Source: Chiloscyllium plagiosum (Eukaryota). Taken from it: a stretch of DNA of 64,000 nt. The stretch covers positions 8,279,889-8,343,888 of the forward strand of contig NC_057752.1 of the NCBI RefSeq assembly GCF_004010195.1. Direction: 5' to 3'. Position 1 is the stretch's first letter. Each line of letters starts with the position of its first letter. The notes under the pieces are model-generated. The model made no database searches and was not told the origin of the DNA. It saw only the letters and a list, made by a program, of their open reading frames with translations. The translations under genes were made by a program, and so were the position numbers. Shown here one piece after another: positions 12,332-25,559 of this stretch.

Positions 12332-12518
12332 TCTCTGGGTGAAGACATTTTTCCTCATCTGAATCCTAAAAGGTCTACCCTGTGTCCCTAGACTGGGACC
12401 CCTGCTTCTGAACAGCCCCACCATTGGGAACATCCTTCCTGAATTTATCTTGCCTAATCCTGTTAGAATTTTATAGATACGCCAAAAAATTTCTATAAAA
12501 TATGATTTTTCTATGAGA

Positions 12519-12784
12519 TGGCACGGTGGATCAGCGGTTAGCATTGCTGCCTCACAGCGCCAAGGACCCAGGTTCAATTCCAGCCTTGCACGATTGTCTT
12601 TGTGGAATTGGTGGAATCTCTGTGTCTGTATGGTTTTCCTCCAGGTGCTCCGGTGTTAGGTGTATTAGTCAGGGGTAAATATAAGGTAGGGGAGTGGTTT
12701 TAGGTGGGTTACTCTTCAAAGGTCGGTGTGGACTTGTTGGGCCGAAGGGCCTGTTTCCACACTGTAGGGAATCTAATCTAATCT
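12519..12784 (+). mobile_element. HE1-type V-SINE
   Basis: GGCACGGTGG..AGCGGTTAGCATTGCTGCCTCACAGCGCC head and (AATCT)n tail. Confidence 0.85.
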
Positions 12785-14275
12785 CACTTCATTCTTCTAC
12801 ACTCCATTGAATATAGTCCTAACTGATTCGGCCTCTTTCCTAGCTATTCTTTTAACCATGGAAGGATACAGCAAAAAAGGAAGCCATTCAGTGTATCACG
12901 CCTATTCCAACCTGTTTGTTTACTCAAAACATGCAAGCCTGTTCCTAACCAGACAGTTATTGATTTTGCAAAACAAAAATTAAGTAACACAACATCAATT
13001 GGAACTGTGTTGCAATTATGTACTGTTTTATGAAAAAAACCTCAGTGACTTAGAGCTTGTAAATAAAATTCTCATGTAATAAAGTTATGCAAGCACCATC
13101 CAAGTTACCTAGCCTACGTCCACTATAGTTATTAATGAACATTTCAAAGATGTGGATCATATTCCTTCTGAATGATTCTTTCTCCAGTGAGAAAGAAGTT
13201 CAGCTATGCACATTTTTCTTCATAGTCCGAAATCCAGATGATCCTTGCTACTCTTTGAACTTTAATCAATGCTTCAGCATTCTTTTGAATTTAGGGTGCC
13301 CTAAATGTTATATGACCTCTCTAATTTTCTATAGAAGTTATGAAAACCTGTTTTCAATTAGAATCCAATGCATTGGAATATGTAGTTACCCTTGTTCATA
13401 ATAGCTTCTTATTGATTAGATAATTTTAATGCTTGTCCAAATGTCACTATTTTCTTTTCACCTTTGCTAATATTTATCCCTTCAATTTCTAATCATTTTA
13501 TGTCTCCTGTTTTAACAATTCTTAGCTTATATTTGTGCATGTTAAAATCTCTCTGCCTCGAAACTTAATTCTGATGTGAAGAAAGTGAATAATTACAGAG
13601 AAAGAGAGTTTGATATCTTTGTTGGAAAGGTTAGTTGGCAACTTCCCGGTGAAGATTTCTGAACAAGTTTGGCAGCTTGGCTCTCGTTACAGCCTACAAT
13701 CCAATTCAGCCTATCTCTTCATCAGTCATTGGTTCCCTTTCAGATGGCGATTTAACTACTATGGTAGAAGATGCCACAAAAGCAAAAGCAACATCTTTTG
13801 ATAAGATTCTCTAATGTCCTATTGAGAAACCATGTAGGGTTAAATCCACTTCCATATTTAGAGATGTGACTAGCTTGAGCATTTGCTTGTTATGACTGAG
13901 TCTTCTGAATCTTGCATGTGTTTCAACAGTCTGGCGGATATGCCACAAGAGACCAGCTTTACAGGGATGCTCAAATGCCACAATTATTGGGTCTGATGTT
14001 AACTTTGTCCAAGTAAATAAATTTTGAATGAGTTAAAAGTGTTTTCCTTTGGATTTACTGCAAGGTATGAAGAGAATTGTTCAATTTCTGGATCATGAGT
14101 TTGGGAAAATCTCAGTTTAATTCTTTGAGACCCCAAATTCTCAGCTCATTCAGATCAGTTATCTGGAATCAGACATTTTAATGAAAACACTTCATATTCT
14201 TGTGTCCATTGTAGGTCACCCTCACTGAGTTACTGCATTTTGACAGAATTCAGATGGATTACAGGAAATTTAATG

Positions 14276-14476
14276 ATGTTGAGGTGCCAGTGTTGGACAG
14301 GGGTGGACAAAGTTAAAAATCACACAACACCAGGTTATAGTCCAACAGGTTTATTTGAAAATACGAGGTTTCAGAGCGCTGCTCATTTGCTCCCTGATGA
14401 AGGAGCAGCGCTCTGAAAGCTTGTACTTCCAAATAAACCTGTTGAACAATAACCTGTGTTGTGTGATTTTTAACTA
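14276..14476. mobile_element. Palindromic family B insert with hammerhead core at 14394-14422
   Basis: About 75-bp inverted arms; CTGATGA-AGGAGCAGCGCTCT-GAAAGCTT; flanking duplication AGGA(A/C)ATTTAATG. Confidence 0.75.
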
Positions 14477-14790
14477 AGGACATTTAATGTTGAAGATTCT
14501 CTTATTTTTGGAGTATAACCTATAATTCCAGCTTTAACAGAGAACTTGCATTAATTAAACACTTGCACACTTTCTTAAGATGCTTTTAAATATCTCATAG
14601 CCAAGGTATTACTTTTGTAATCACTGACATTACATGGTAGTTACCTTGTGTGTAACATGTTCCCTCAAACAGCAATGAGGTAGATAATTGACTGGTTACT
14701 TCATTTTTGCTGTGCTGCAGAAATCCAACTTGTATTCACCAAAGGGAAACATTACTATTGTTTTTATTTCATATTATAAATTTGGGGAAA

Positions 14791-15400
14791 TGTTATGATC
14801 CCAACTGATGGTAATGCTGGACAAGTCAGATCCCAGAATGAAATCCTCCTAATAGATCATATGTTTAATTTTTGTAGTTGGTTACTATGATGGTTAGTCA
14901 TTGAACATATGTACACAAGGCTTCAAATGGAATTCATCCTCCACCTCTACACACATCATTTATTGCATCCGCTGCACCCGATGTGGCCTCCTCTATATTG
15001 GGGAGACAGGCCGCCTACTTGCGGAACGTTTCAGAGAACACCTCTGGGACACCCGGACCAACCAACCCAACCACCCATAGCCCAACACTTTAACTCCCCC
15101 TCCCACTCCACCAAGGCCTTGACCTCCTTCCACCTATCGCATTTCCAACGCCCCTCCCCCAAGTCCCTCCTCCCTACCTTTTATCTTAGCCTGCTGGACA
15201 CACTTTCCTCATTCCTGAAGAAGGGCTTATGCCCGAAACGTCGATTCTCCTGTTCCTTGGATGCTGCCTGACCTGCTGCGCTTTTCCAGCAACACATTTT
15301 CAGCTCTGATCTCCAGCATCTGCAGCCCTCACTTTCTCCTTTTAACAAAATAAGACAGGTTTATTCCACAAAAGAAGAAAATCAAATAAAACGATGTATG
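14791..15400 (-). mobile_element. Probable LTR-like repeat, related to 37502-37700, interrupted by a Penelope fragment
   Basis: TGTTATGATCCCA...CTGGACAAGTCAGAT and TTTAACAA...GTTTATT are shared with 37502-37700. The far boundary is not resolved. Confidence 0.45.
14943..15340 (+). mobile_element. Penelope-like element fragment: GIY-YIG endonuclease plus family A terminal repeat with hammerhead
   Basis: Frame from 14943 reads TSTHIIYCIRCTRCGLLYIGETGRLLAERFREH, followed by CTGAAGA-AGGGCTTATGCCC-GAAACGTC at 15215-15242. Confidence 0.85.
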
Positions 15401-15829
15401 AGAGTTTAGAAAGATCTTCACATAAACAGCAAAACAAAGTTTCAACCTGTTTCCCAGCAATATCCTTTAAACATGCTCAGTCTCAGAGAACCATCACTCC
15501 TAACTCAACTCTTTAATTTCTTACTTACCTGATTCTTTTCTGTTCTCCTTCTTGAACAGCTGAGACAGTTTCATGACTTCTGTTCAAGTCTGTTGGCATG
15601 AACCTCTTTTCAGTTCTGACAACTTGAAAACTTCTATGCAAACTCTCACAATTTGGAGGCGTCACAAAATAAAACCCTTCCATTAGGGTGAAATTTTCTT
15701 CTAAACTGAAAGCTTGATGCTTCTGTTTTGAAGTCAAAATAAACTTATGGCCTCTGACCTGTTTTCTCTTTTAATGTAAATTCAGCAGTATAAACATTTT
15801 ATCGATTAACATGTCAGGTGTCCTGCTAG

Positions 15830-17030
15830 GCACTTGCGTAACTCACCTCCTAAGTTCCCAAAGCCTGTCCATGATCCAAAAGGCACAATCAGGAGTATGA
15901 TGGAATGCTCTTCATTTGCCTGAATGGGTGCAGCTCCTATAGCAACCAAGAAGTGTGACACTCACTCAGGACGAAGCAGCCTACTTGATTGACATACCTT
16001 CCATATCTTAAGCATTCACATCCTTCACTATCACTGCACAATAGCAGCAGGGTGTACCATCTACAAGTTGAGTGAGTGGGAAATTGCACGGCAGATGCAG
16101 TATAATGTGTATAAATGTGGGGTCATAGACTTTGGTAGCAAAAACAGGAAGGCAGTTTATTATCCAAATAGCAATAGATTGAGAAAGTGGGAGGTGCAAC
16201 AAAATCTGGGAGTCGTTGTACACCAGCCCTTCAAAGTAAGCATGTAGGTGCAGCAGGTGGTGAAGAAGGCAGTGGTATGTTGGACTTCGTAGTAAAGAGA
16301 TTCACGTACGGGAGCAGGGATGTCTTGCTGAAATTATATAGGACCTTGGTGAGACCACACCAGGAGTATTGTGTGCAGTTTTGGTCTCTTTATCTGAGGA
16401 AGAATGTTCTGGCTGTGGATGGAGTGCAATAAAGGTTTACCACACTGATTCCTGGGATAGCAGGACTGTGTGAAGAGAGAATGGATCAGTTAGGACTATT
16501 TTGACTGGGATTTAGAAGAATAAGGGGTGGGGGGTATTTCTTCGAAACCTATAAAATTCTAACAGGATGAGACAGGGTTAATGCAGGAAGGATGTTCCCT
16601 ATGGGGAAGCTAGAACCAAAGTGACAATTTAAGGATACGGGGTAGGCCTTTTTGGATTGAGATGAGGAGAAATGTCTTCACCCAGACAGTGGGGAGCCTG
16701 CATTGCAGTAACTCACCAAGGCTCTTTCGACAACACCTTCCAAATCAGTGTTCTCTAGTACCTAGAAGGACTAGCTGCATGGAACCCCATCATCTGCAAG
16801 TTCCTCTCCAAGCACTCCCCAACCTGACGTGGAAATATATTGTCGTTCCTTCACTTTCATTGGGTTAAAATCCTGGAAATCCCTCCCTAACAGTACAGTG
16901 GCTGTTCCTACACCCAATTAATGCAACGGTTCAATCAGGGACAAATTAGTAAGTTAACAAATTAATTAGGGATAAACAACACGTGCTAGCTTTGCCAATG
17001 ACACACACATCTTGTAAAAGAATTAAGATA
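15830..17030 (+). mobile_element. CR1/L2-group LINE 3' fragment with a CR1 fragment inserted (about 16068-16695)
   Basis: Outer parts match the family at 25560 and 29490; the inner part encodes LYRTLVRPHQEYCVQFWS. Confidence 0.65.
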
Positions 17031-17053
17031 AAGTTCCACCTTTCTCCAAACAT

Positions 17054-17553
17054 NNNNNNNNNNNNNNNNNNNNNNNNNNNNNNNNNNNNNNNNNNNNNNN
17101 NNNNNNNNNNNNNNNNNNNNNNNNNNNNNNNNNNNNNNNNNNNNNNNNNNNNNNNNNNNNNNNNNNNNNNNNNNNNNNNNNNNNNNNNNNNNNNNNNNNN
17201 NNNNNNNNNNNNNNNNNNNNNNNNNNNNNNNNNNNNNNNNNNNNNNNNNNNNNNNNNNNNNNNNNNNNNNNNNNNNNNNNNNNNNNNNNNNNNNNNNNNN
17301 NNNNNNNNNNNNNNNNNNNNNNNNNNNNNNNNNNNNNNNNNNNNNNNNNNNNNNNNNNNNNNNNNNNNNNNNNNNNNNNNNNNNNNNNNNNNNNNNNNNN
17401 NNNNNNNNNNNNNNNNNNNNNNNNNNNNNNNNNNNNNNNNNNNNNNNNNNNNNNNNNNNNNNNNNNNNNNNNNNNNNNNNNNNNNNNNNNNNNNNNNNNN
17501 NNNNNNNNNNNNNNNNNNNNNNNNNNNNNNNNNNNNNNNNNNNNNNNNNNNNN
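17054..17553. other. Assembly gap (500 N)
   Basis: N run. Confidence 1.
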
Positions 17554-19432
17554 GTTCTAAATTGGAGGAAGGCCAATTTTGACAGTATGAGGTAAGAACT
17601 TCCAAAAGTTGATTGGGAGAGGCTATTTGCAGGTAAAGGGACGGTTGGAAAGTGGGAGGCCTTCAAAAGTCAGAAAATGAGAGTCCAGAGACGGTATGTT
17701 CCTGCAAGGGTGACGGGCAAGGCTGGTAGGTGTAGAAAATGCTGAATGACGAGAGAAATTGAGGCTCTCGTCAAGAAAAAGGAGACATATGGCAGGTTCC
17801 AGTGAATCCCTCGAGGAGTATAAGGGCAGGAGGAGTATACTTAAGAGAGAAATCAGGAGGTACATAGGGGGAATGAGATAGCTTTGGCAAATAGGGTTAA
17901 GGAGAATCCAAAGGGTTTGTCTCTGTGGGAAGCTAGGGAAGTGATTGCTGGGCCCTTTGCTGAGATATTTGTATCATCGATAGTCACAGGTGAGGTGCTG
18001 GAAGACTGGAGATTGGCCAATGTGGTGCAATTATTTAAGAAAGGAGGTCAGGAGAAGCCAGGGAACTATAGACCAGTGAGCGTGACATTGGTGGTGGGCA
18101 CATTGTTGGAGGTAATCCTGAGGGACAGGATTTACATGTATTTGGAAAGGCAAGGACTGATTAGGGATAGTCAACATGGCTTTGTGTGTGGGAAATAATG
18201 TCTCACAGACTTGAGTAAGCTTTTTGAAGAAGTGACAAAGAAGATCGATGAAGGCAGAGTGGTGAACGTTGTCTGTATGAACTTCAGCAAGGCAATTGAC
18301 AAGATTCCCCATGGTAACTGGTTAGTAAGGTTAGATCAAATGGGATCCAGGGAGAGCTAGTCAATTGGATACAAAATTAGCTTGAAGGTAAGAGACAGAG
18401 GGTGATGGGGGAGGGTTGTTTTTTGGACTGGAGGCCTGTGACCAGTGGTCACAAGGATCAGTGCTGGATCCACTGCTTTTAGTCATTTATATAAATGATT
18501 TGGATGTGAACATAGAAGGTATGGTTAGTAAGTTTGCAGATGACACCAAAATTGGAGGTGTAGTGGACAGCGAAGAAGGTTACCTCAGAGTACGACGGGA
18601 TCTTGATCAGTTGGGCCAATGGGCTGAGGAGTGGCAGATGGAGTTTAATTTAGATAAATGTGAGGTGCTGCAGGGCAGGACTTATACACTTAATGGTGAG
18701 GTCCTGGGAGTGTTGCTGAACAAAAAGATCTTGGAATGCAGGTTCATAGTTCCTTGAAAGTGGAATCACAGGTACACAGGATAGTGAAGAAGGTGTTTGG
18801 TACACTTGCCCTGTTTTGGTCAGTACATTGAATATAAGTATTAGGAGGTCATGTTGTGGCTGTACAGGACATTGTTTAGGCCACTTTTGGAATACAGCGT
18901 TCAGTTCTGGTCTCCTTCCTATAGGAAAGATGTTGTTAAACTTAAAAGGGTGCAGGAAAGGATTTAAAAAGATGTTGCCAGGGTTGGAGGATTTGAGCTA
19001 GAGGGAGAGGCTGAATCGGCTGGGGCTGTTTTCCCTGGAGTGTCAGAGGCTGAAGGCTGACCTTAGAGAGGTTTATAAAATCATGGGGGGCATGGATAGG
19101 GTAAATACTCAAGATCTTTTTCCGAGGGGTAGGGGCGTTCAAAACTAGAGGGCATAGGTTTAGGGTGAGAGGGGAAAGATATAAAAAAGACCTAAGGGGC
19201 AACTTTTTCACACAGAGGGTGGTGTGTGTATGGAATGAGCTGCCAGAGGAAGTGGTGGAGGCTGGTACAATGACAACATTTAAAAGACATCTGGATGGGT
19301 ATGTGAATAGGAATAGTTTAGTGGGATATGGGCCAAATGCAGGCAAATGGAACTAGATTAATATCGTATATCTGGTCAGCATGGACCGAAGGGTCTGTTT
19401 CTGTATGTACAGCTCTATGACTCCATGACTAT
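17554..19432 (+). mobile_element. CR1 LINE ORF2 fragment (RT to 3' end)
   Basis: EDWRLANVVQLFKKG, NYRPVS, QGSVLDP, KFADDTK, FFTQRVV motifs and a CTATGACT tail; frameshifted. Confidence 0.9.
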
Positions 19433-20302
19433 GGAATTCCCTCACAAAACATAGAAATGTAACTCTCCACCCTTTTCCTCCTTTCTGACCCTTTTTAAAA
19501 TGTACCTCTGTAACCAAGATTCGGGAAGACCACCTGACCTAATCCTTCTGAGGCTTTGTTAGTTTTTAATTCATTCCTCCCCACTGTATCCTAGCAGGTT
19601 TTACCATGTTAAAGATATAGTATAAATGCAAGGTGTTATTTCTTTATTTCGACAGTGGTGGAAAATCACGTGATTTGCAGCTACTGCTTTCACTAGCTTA
19701 GCATTTTTACATCAGCTACAAGAATAGATTTTGCAGCAGCATACAAAATATATCAAGTATATATGGCTTGTGAGGCTCTACAATGTATTTGCTTTTTTCT
19801 ATTGAATATTGCCAGCTGGAGTACAATGGGTGAGAGCAGTGTGAACCTGATTATGCAAGTCTATTATACTGAGAGTTTATTCCAGTACAATTCTGCTGAT
19901 GTTGACACAGCTAATGCCTGGGCTTGAATTCTCCAGGCTTCTACTGGTTGGAGAACTAAATAAATACTGTCCGAATAGTAACATATCTCTGACCTTTCTG
20001 AAGAGCATTGAATGCCCTCTAACCCCCTCTCCCTCTCAAAAAAATTGGGAATTGCCTATACTTAGTTATATTCTTATCTCAAATATCAAAGACTCAGTGT
20101 CAATGAAACAGTATTTATTGTGAGCAAGATAATTAATTCTTCATAATTTAACCATCTAAATAAACCTGCAGTTGTATAAGGTCCTATATGACAGTGTGAT
20201 ATTGTGAGAGAACTGCATCACTTAGCATTGATTACAGTTTTTTATAAAATGAGCAAGGCCACTTGCACCAGTCTGGTACTAATCCATGCAGGCCTTGAGG
20301 TT

Positions 20303-20396
20303 TCCTGATGAAGGGCTTTTGCCCAAAACGTCGATTCTCCTGCTCCTCGAATACTGCCTGACCTGCTGTGCTTTTCCAGCACCACACTCTCGACTC
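20303..20396 (+). mobile_element. Family A Penelope-derived fragment with mutated hammerhead core
   Basis: CTGATGA-AGGGCTTTTGCCC-AAAACGTC (GAAA changed to AAAA), followed by the family A tail. Confidence 0.7.
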
Positions 20397-20529
20397 GAGG
20401 GGTCCATGTTTGATTCCTGTTCCATCATGAGTTTACTGGCCAGTAGGATTGTACAATTCACCTCAGCATTCTAGGTCAATGAAAGGAAAAACACCTATTG
20501 TTATTGCTCTTAACTTTACTGGTTTTTTT

Positions 20530-21830
20530 ATTATCATGTGTACCTAAGTACAATGAAAATCTTTGTTTGCGGGCAGTACAGGCAGATCATAATAAACAAG
20601 AACATACAGATCATAGGGTGAAAACACTTGGACAGAGGCATGTAAAGTTACATTGCACAGGGTGTGCACGAGGCTAGATCAATATTAACAAGATCAACAT
20701 TACTTGAAGTTAGAGAGTCCATTCATCAGTCTAATAGTGGCCGGGAAGAAGCTGTTCCTGAACCTGCTGGTCCGTGTGTTCAAGCTTCTGTATCTTCTGC
20801 CTGATGGAAGAGGTTGGAGGAGAGCATTACTGGGTGGCATGGGTCTTCCTGATGTTGGCAGCCTTTCCGTGGCTCCGAGCCGTGTATATGGAGTCCATGG
20901 ATGGAAGGTTGGCCTCCGTGATGGTCTGAGCTGTGCACCCAACCTTCTGTAGTTTCTTCCAGTCATGGGCAGAGCAGTTACCATACCAGGTCGTTATGCA
21001 CCGGGACAGTATGCTTTCAGTGGTACATCTTGAAAGGTTGGTGAGGGACCTTATGGACATGCCGAATTTCCTGAGCCACCTGAGGAAGAAGAGGCATTGT
21101 TGTATCTTCTTGACCATCACATCTACGTGGGAAGTCCGGGACAGATTATCGATTATCATCACTCCAAGGAACTTGGCGCTCTCAACCTCAGTTCTGTCGA
21201 TGTAGGTGGGGGTGTGTTCTCCTCCTTTCTCTCTGACGTCAGTGAGCAGTTCTTTAGTTTTGCTGACATTGAGAGACAGGTTGTTATCATTGCACAATGT
21301 CATCAAGCTCTCTATCTTTTTTCTATATTCTGACTCGTCATTGTTAAATATCCGTCCTACCATGCTGGTGTCATCAGCAAACTTGGAGATGGCATTCAGT
21401 CAGAATTTGGCAACACAGTCACGGGTGTACAGGGAGTACAGTCGGGGGTTGAGAACACATCCTTGGTGTTATCATGGAGGAGATGCTATCCTCACTGATT
21501 GCAGTCTGTGGGTCAGGAAGCTGAGGGTCCAGTTGCAGAGGGCGGAGCTGAGACCTAGATCTCTGAGTTTTGAGATCAGTCTCGAGGGGATAGTGGTGTT
21601 GAAGGCGGAGCTGTAGTGAATGAGTAGGTGGCCTTGTTGTCCAGATGCTCCAGGGATAAGTGCAAGGCTAGGGAAACGTGTCCGCTGTGGACCTGTTACG
21701 TCAATCTGTAAATTGGGGATCGAGGCAGGCTGGGAGACTGGAGTTAATGTGGGCCATGATTAGCCTCTCGAAGCACTTCATGATTGTGGTGGTCAGAGCC
21801 ACTGAGTGGTAGTCATTAAGGCACGTTGCA
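20530..21830 (-). mobile_element. Rex1/Babar-type LINE fragment
   Basis: KFADDTSMVGRI.NNDESEYR...NNLSLNVSKTKEL...FFLRWLRKFG...LPSGRRYRS...FRNSFFP. Confidence 0.82.
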
Positions 21831-22090
21831 TGTGCTATTTTAGCTAACCACTACTGAGGTATCTCAAATAACTCCCCAGAGGCTGGTAACACGTCACCAA
21901 GTCCCCCTTTATTTCCACGTGGAGAGTCTTTGCCACCGATCCAGCTCCCTCAGAGCCAGCTCTCAGAGTGAACAGAACCTCTGACCCTCCTGTTTATATC
22001 TGTCAGCCAGGGCCCCCCAATTGGACCAGGTTAACAGCCCTAATCAAGGAACTCATACTCTGTGAGTTCCACCAGGTTGACCCCATTACA
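21831..22090 (-). mobile_element. Short putative solo LTR
   Basis: Minus strand starts TGTAAT, with TATAAA (about 21995) followed about 85 nt later by AATAAA (about 21910). Confidence 0.45.
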
Positions 22091-22731
22091 GTCACTGCAG
22101 TGTCAAGTGAGAATAGGATCAGAGGCTTTGTTGCTTGCAACGGTTAAATAGCCTGCCAATTTCACTGTCATGGTTCATACATTAAGGACAGTCATCTAGG
22201 TTCCCACAGAACTGTACCTCAGTGACTTCAGGAGTGGAGAGAAAATTGTGAAATCACAATTGGAAAAGATAATGTACACAATACTAGGTCTCACTTGAGA
22301 AGTAAAGGCAACAATCCAGTCTCGGGGTTCAACTGCCAACAACTCAAAGTTTGCTTTCCTAGCTTATAATGTCTTGTAAATTACTTAATTAGTTTACTGC
22401 TAGTCATCCCTGGTTAATTAGGTTACTGCTAGATTGATCTATCATTATATTTGCATAATTTACTTGTGAAGTTTTTTAAAAAACTACCTCCAGTATTAAC
22501 AGCAGTGTGAAGTAAGAGTGTTTGTAGGTTAATGGTAGTGTTGGAAATTTGTCTGTTTTAACAGAAGTGTGAAGTTAAATGGACACCAGTAGTTTATAAC
22601 ATTTAAAAACATCAGACAACTGAAAGGAAAGTAGAAAGTTGTCAGAGTGCTCGTCTTATTTCTTTATTAGTTATACAAATGAAGTAAAATGATGTATACA
22701 ATTTAAATTATACTGAAAAAGTTATTACTGT

Positions 22732-22783
22732 TTAAAACTAAGGTTAAAACTAAGATTAAAACTAAGATAAGATTAAAACTAAG
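22732..22783. repeat. 12-bp tandem repeat (TTAAAACTAAGA), about 4 copies
   Basis: Directly visible. Confidence 0.8.
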
Positions 22784-23507
22784 TCTGAAATGAAATGTGG
22801 TGATAAGCTTTACTCATTCAAAATCAACATACAAATTGATCATCACAAGAAACAGAGGTGTCTGCTATTTAATAATACCAGTAGTATTGAATGGGTGCAA
22901 GCATTAGCAGTTTACACATGCAAGTAAAATGGTAGCTTCTTTTAATATGTGGATCAATTGCACCTCTTCATACACGTTCTGAAATAATATCTCCTCCCTA
23001 TGTTGTTTGATGATACACTGTCAATCTACCACAGCACAGATTGATGAACGATCCATCACTGATAGAAAAGCCTTACCCCTGCATAACCTACCCCTTTGCT
23101 ATAACACTGAAATGTTTTACTCTGAAGGAAAATACTGAGTGACATATCAGAACAAACTACAACACAGTTTCCACATACTCAGTAAAATGCTGCTCAATAT
23201 CCCACACCTTCAGTACAAATCATATAATGAGGCACCATAGAACTGCCTTTACAGTTCACAGTGACTGCTATAGTGATGGCTCGATACAATAATAACTGTT
23301 CGAATTTTCTGTTAATATCAAATTTGTCCTTTGTTGACCAATCCTGATGGGGCTAACATGGATGTCATTTCAAACTTTTGTTTCAACAATCCTTCCTAAT
23401 AGATCCATATCTAATATCTGTTATTAACAGGAAAATCTGTTTGATTTTGTTCAGCAGAACACAAAACAGTTGTAAAATGTCGAATGCTTATTATGACCTG
23501 ATATAAG

Positions 23508-23820
23508 TGGCACAGTGGTTAGCACTGCTGCCTCACAGCGCCAGAGACCCGGGTTCAATTCCCGACTCAGGCGACTGACTGTGTGGAGTTTGCACATTCT
23601 CCCCGTGTCTGCATGGGTTTCCTCCAGGTGCTCTGGTTTCCTCCCACAGTCCAAAGATGTGCAGGTCAGGTGAATTGGCCATGCTAAATTGCCCGTAGTG
23701 TTAGGTTAAAGGGGTAAATGTAGGGGTATGGGTGGGTTGCGCTTCGGCGGGTCAGTGTGGACTTGTTGGGCCGAAGGGCCTGTTTCCACACTGTAAGGAA
23801 TCTAATCTAATCTAATCTAA
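23508..23820 (+). mobile_element. HE1-type V-SINE
   Basis: Head with A/B-box-like motifs, V-domain and (AATCT)n tail. Confidence 0.9.
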
Positions 23821-24429
23821 GACCATAAGACATAGGAGCAGAAATTAGGCCATTCAGCTCATCGGGTCTGCTGCTCCATTCAATTATAGCTGATAAGTTT
23901 CTCAACCCCATTCTCCCCGTAACCCTTGATCCCCTTGACAGTCAAGAACCTATCTATCTCCATCTTAAATATACTTAATTGGCTGCTACAAGAATAGGAA
24001 AATTTAGATATTAGATAACTTATCATAGAATCATTGCAATGATTTAATAATCAAATCTCAACTTCTTGTGAGGAAAGGGTAGGCCTAAAAAGTTAAAGTT
24101 CCTTTCCCAAGAGCATGTCACGTTTCATTAACTGTTCATCCCTGGGAGTTGCGTTCATATCCAGCCCAAATCACTCAGGTGAAAATTAGCTCAATGAAAC
24201 AGGGTATTCTCGATCTAATTCCCTGTGGAGATGAGTGGACAGCACAAAATCCAACAAGTTGACAATCCATGCAGAAGGACAAGAGAAATATTACATTCGT
24301 GCTCCTCCTAAGTCTGGGATTAAGGCTAACTGTTGAGTCAGAGTAGAATACTTTGGTGCTATATGCAAGTTCAAAGTGCTTTAGACTGAGTGACAAATTT
24401 TGAAATTATCCTATTTCTTTAAGAAATCC

Positions 24430-25540
24430 AGAAGACTGGAGAACTGTAAATGTTACACCCTTGTTCAAAAAAGGTGCAAGGATAAACTAAATAACAAAAG
24501 GTTTAACCTTTGTATTGGGACGATTTTTGAAGATGATCATTCAAATTAACAGTCACTTGGACAAAAAGAATGGACCAAGTAAGAAATGCCAGCAAATATT
24601 TATTAAGATTTATTGTCGAACTAACTTGATTGAGATTTTGAAGAGGTAACAGAGAAGGTTGATGAGGATAATGTAATTGATGTGATGTACATGGACTTCC
24701 AAAAAACATTTTGAAGTTTGCACATTCTCCCCATGTCTGCGTGGGTTTTCTCCACGTGCTTCCACAGTCCAAAGATGTGCAGATTAGGTGGATTGGCCAT
24801 GCTAAATTGTGTCCAGAGATGTGGATTAGCCACAGTAAATGTGAGGTTACAATAGAGTGGGTGGAGGGGGGGGGAGCTAGGTTTGGGTGGGATGCTCTTC
24901 GGAGAGTCAGTGCAGATTCGACAGGTTGAATGGTTCCATTCTGCATTATAGGGATTCTATGATTCTATTTGATAAGATGCCACGTAATAGGCTTGCCAGC
25001 ACAGTTAGAGCTCATGGAATAAAAAGAGCAACAGTAGCGTGAACATGAAAGTGTTTGAGTGATAGGAAACAGAGTGTTGGTGAATAGTTGATGGATTGGA
25101 AGATTATGGGGACAGCATTGGTGTTAGGACTTCTGCTTTTTCTCATGTAAGTGTATGATCTAGACCTGAATGTACCAGAAACAATTTCAAAATTTGTTGA
25201 TGACACAAAACTTGGAAGCATTAGAAATTATGAGATGGTTTGCGGTGAGCTTCAAGAGCGCGTAGAATTGGTGGACCCATGGCAGATAGAATTTAATGCA
25301 GAGAAGTATGAAGTGATTCATTTTAATGGGATGAATGAGGAGAGGGAAAATGAAATAAAGAGGGTGCTGGAGCAGAATAACTTCAGGGTACATGCGCACA
25401 AATCAGTGGAGGTGGGAGGACAGGTTGAGAATGTGGTTAATAAAACATATTAGACTCTGAATTTTATAAATCAGGTCACTGAGTACAAAAGGAAATTATG
25501 ATAAACCTGTTTAAAGCACTGGTTCAGCATCAACTAGAGG
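24430..25540 (+). mobile_element. CR1 fragment with a partial V-SINE inserted (about 24713-24968)
   Basis: PEDWRTVNVTPLFKKG and ISKFVDDTKLG motifs; SINE V-domain inside. Confidence 0.75.
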
Positions 25541-25559
25541 ATTTATTGTATTTATTGTA

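Larger units (their letters stand above)
11659..12480 (-). mobile_element. CR1 LINE 3' end, interrupted by nested Penelope-derived inserts
   Basis: RTQGRPFRIQMRKNVFTQR...KKDIDIVL CR1 C-terminus and a CATAGAAA tail. Confidence 0.75.

Noticed and set aside
16946..17666. Long ORFs spanning N runs (also 35328-35755, 39332-39730 and 55560-56276)
   Set aside because: Artefacts of assembly gaps.
23508..23575. tRNA genes at SINE heads
   Set aside because: The heads continue into the V-domain and LINE-like tail and do not form a full cloverleaf.
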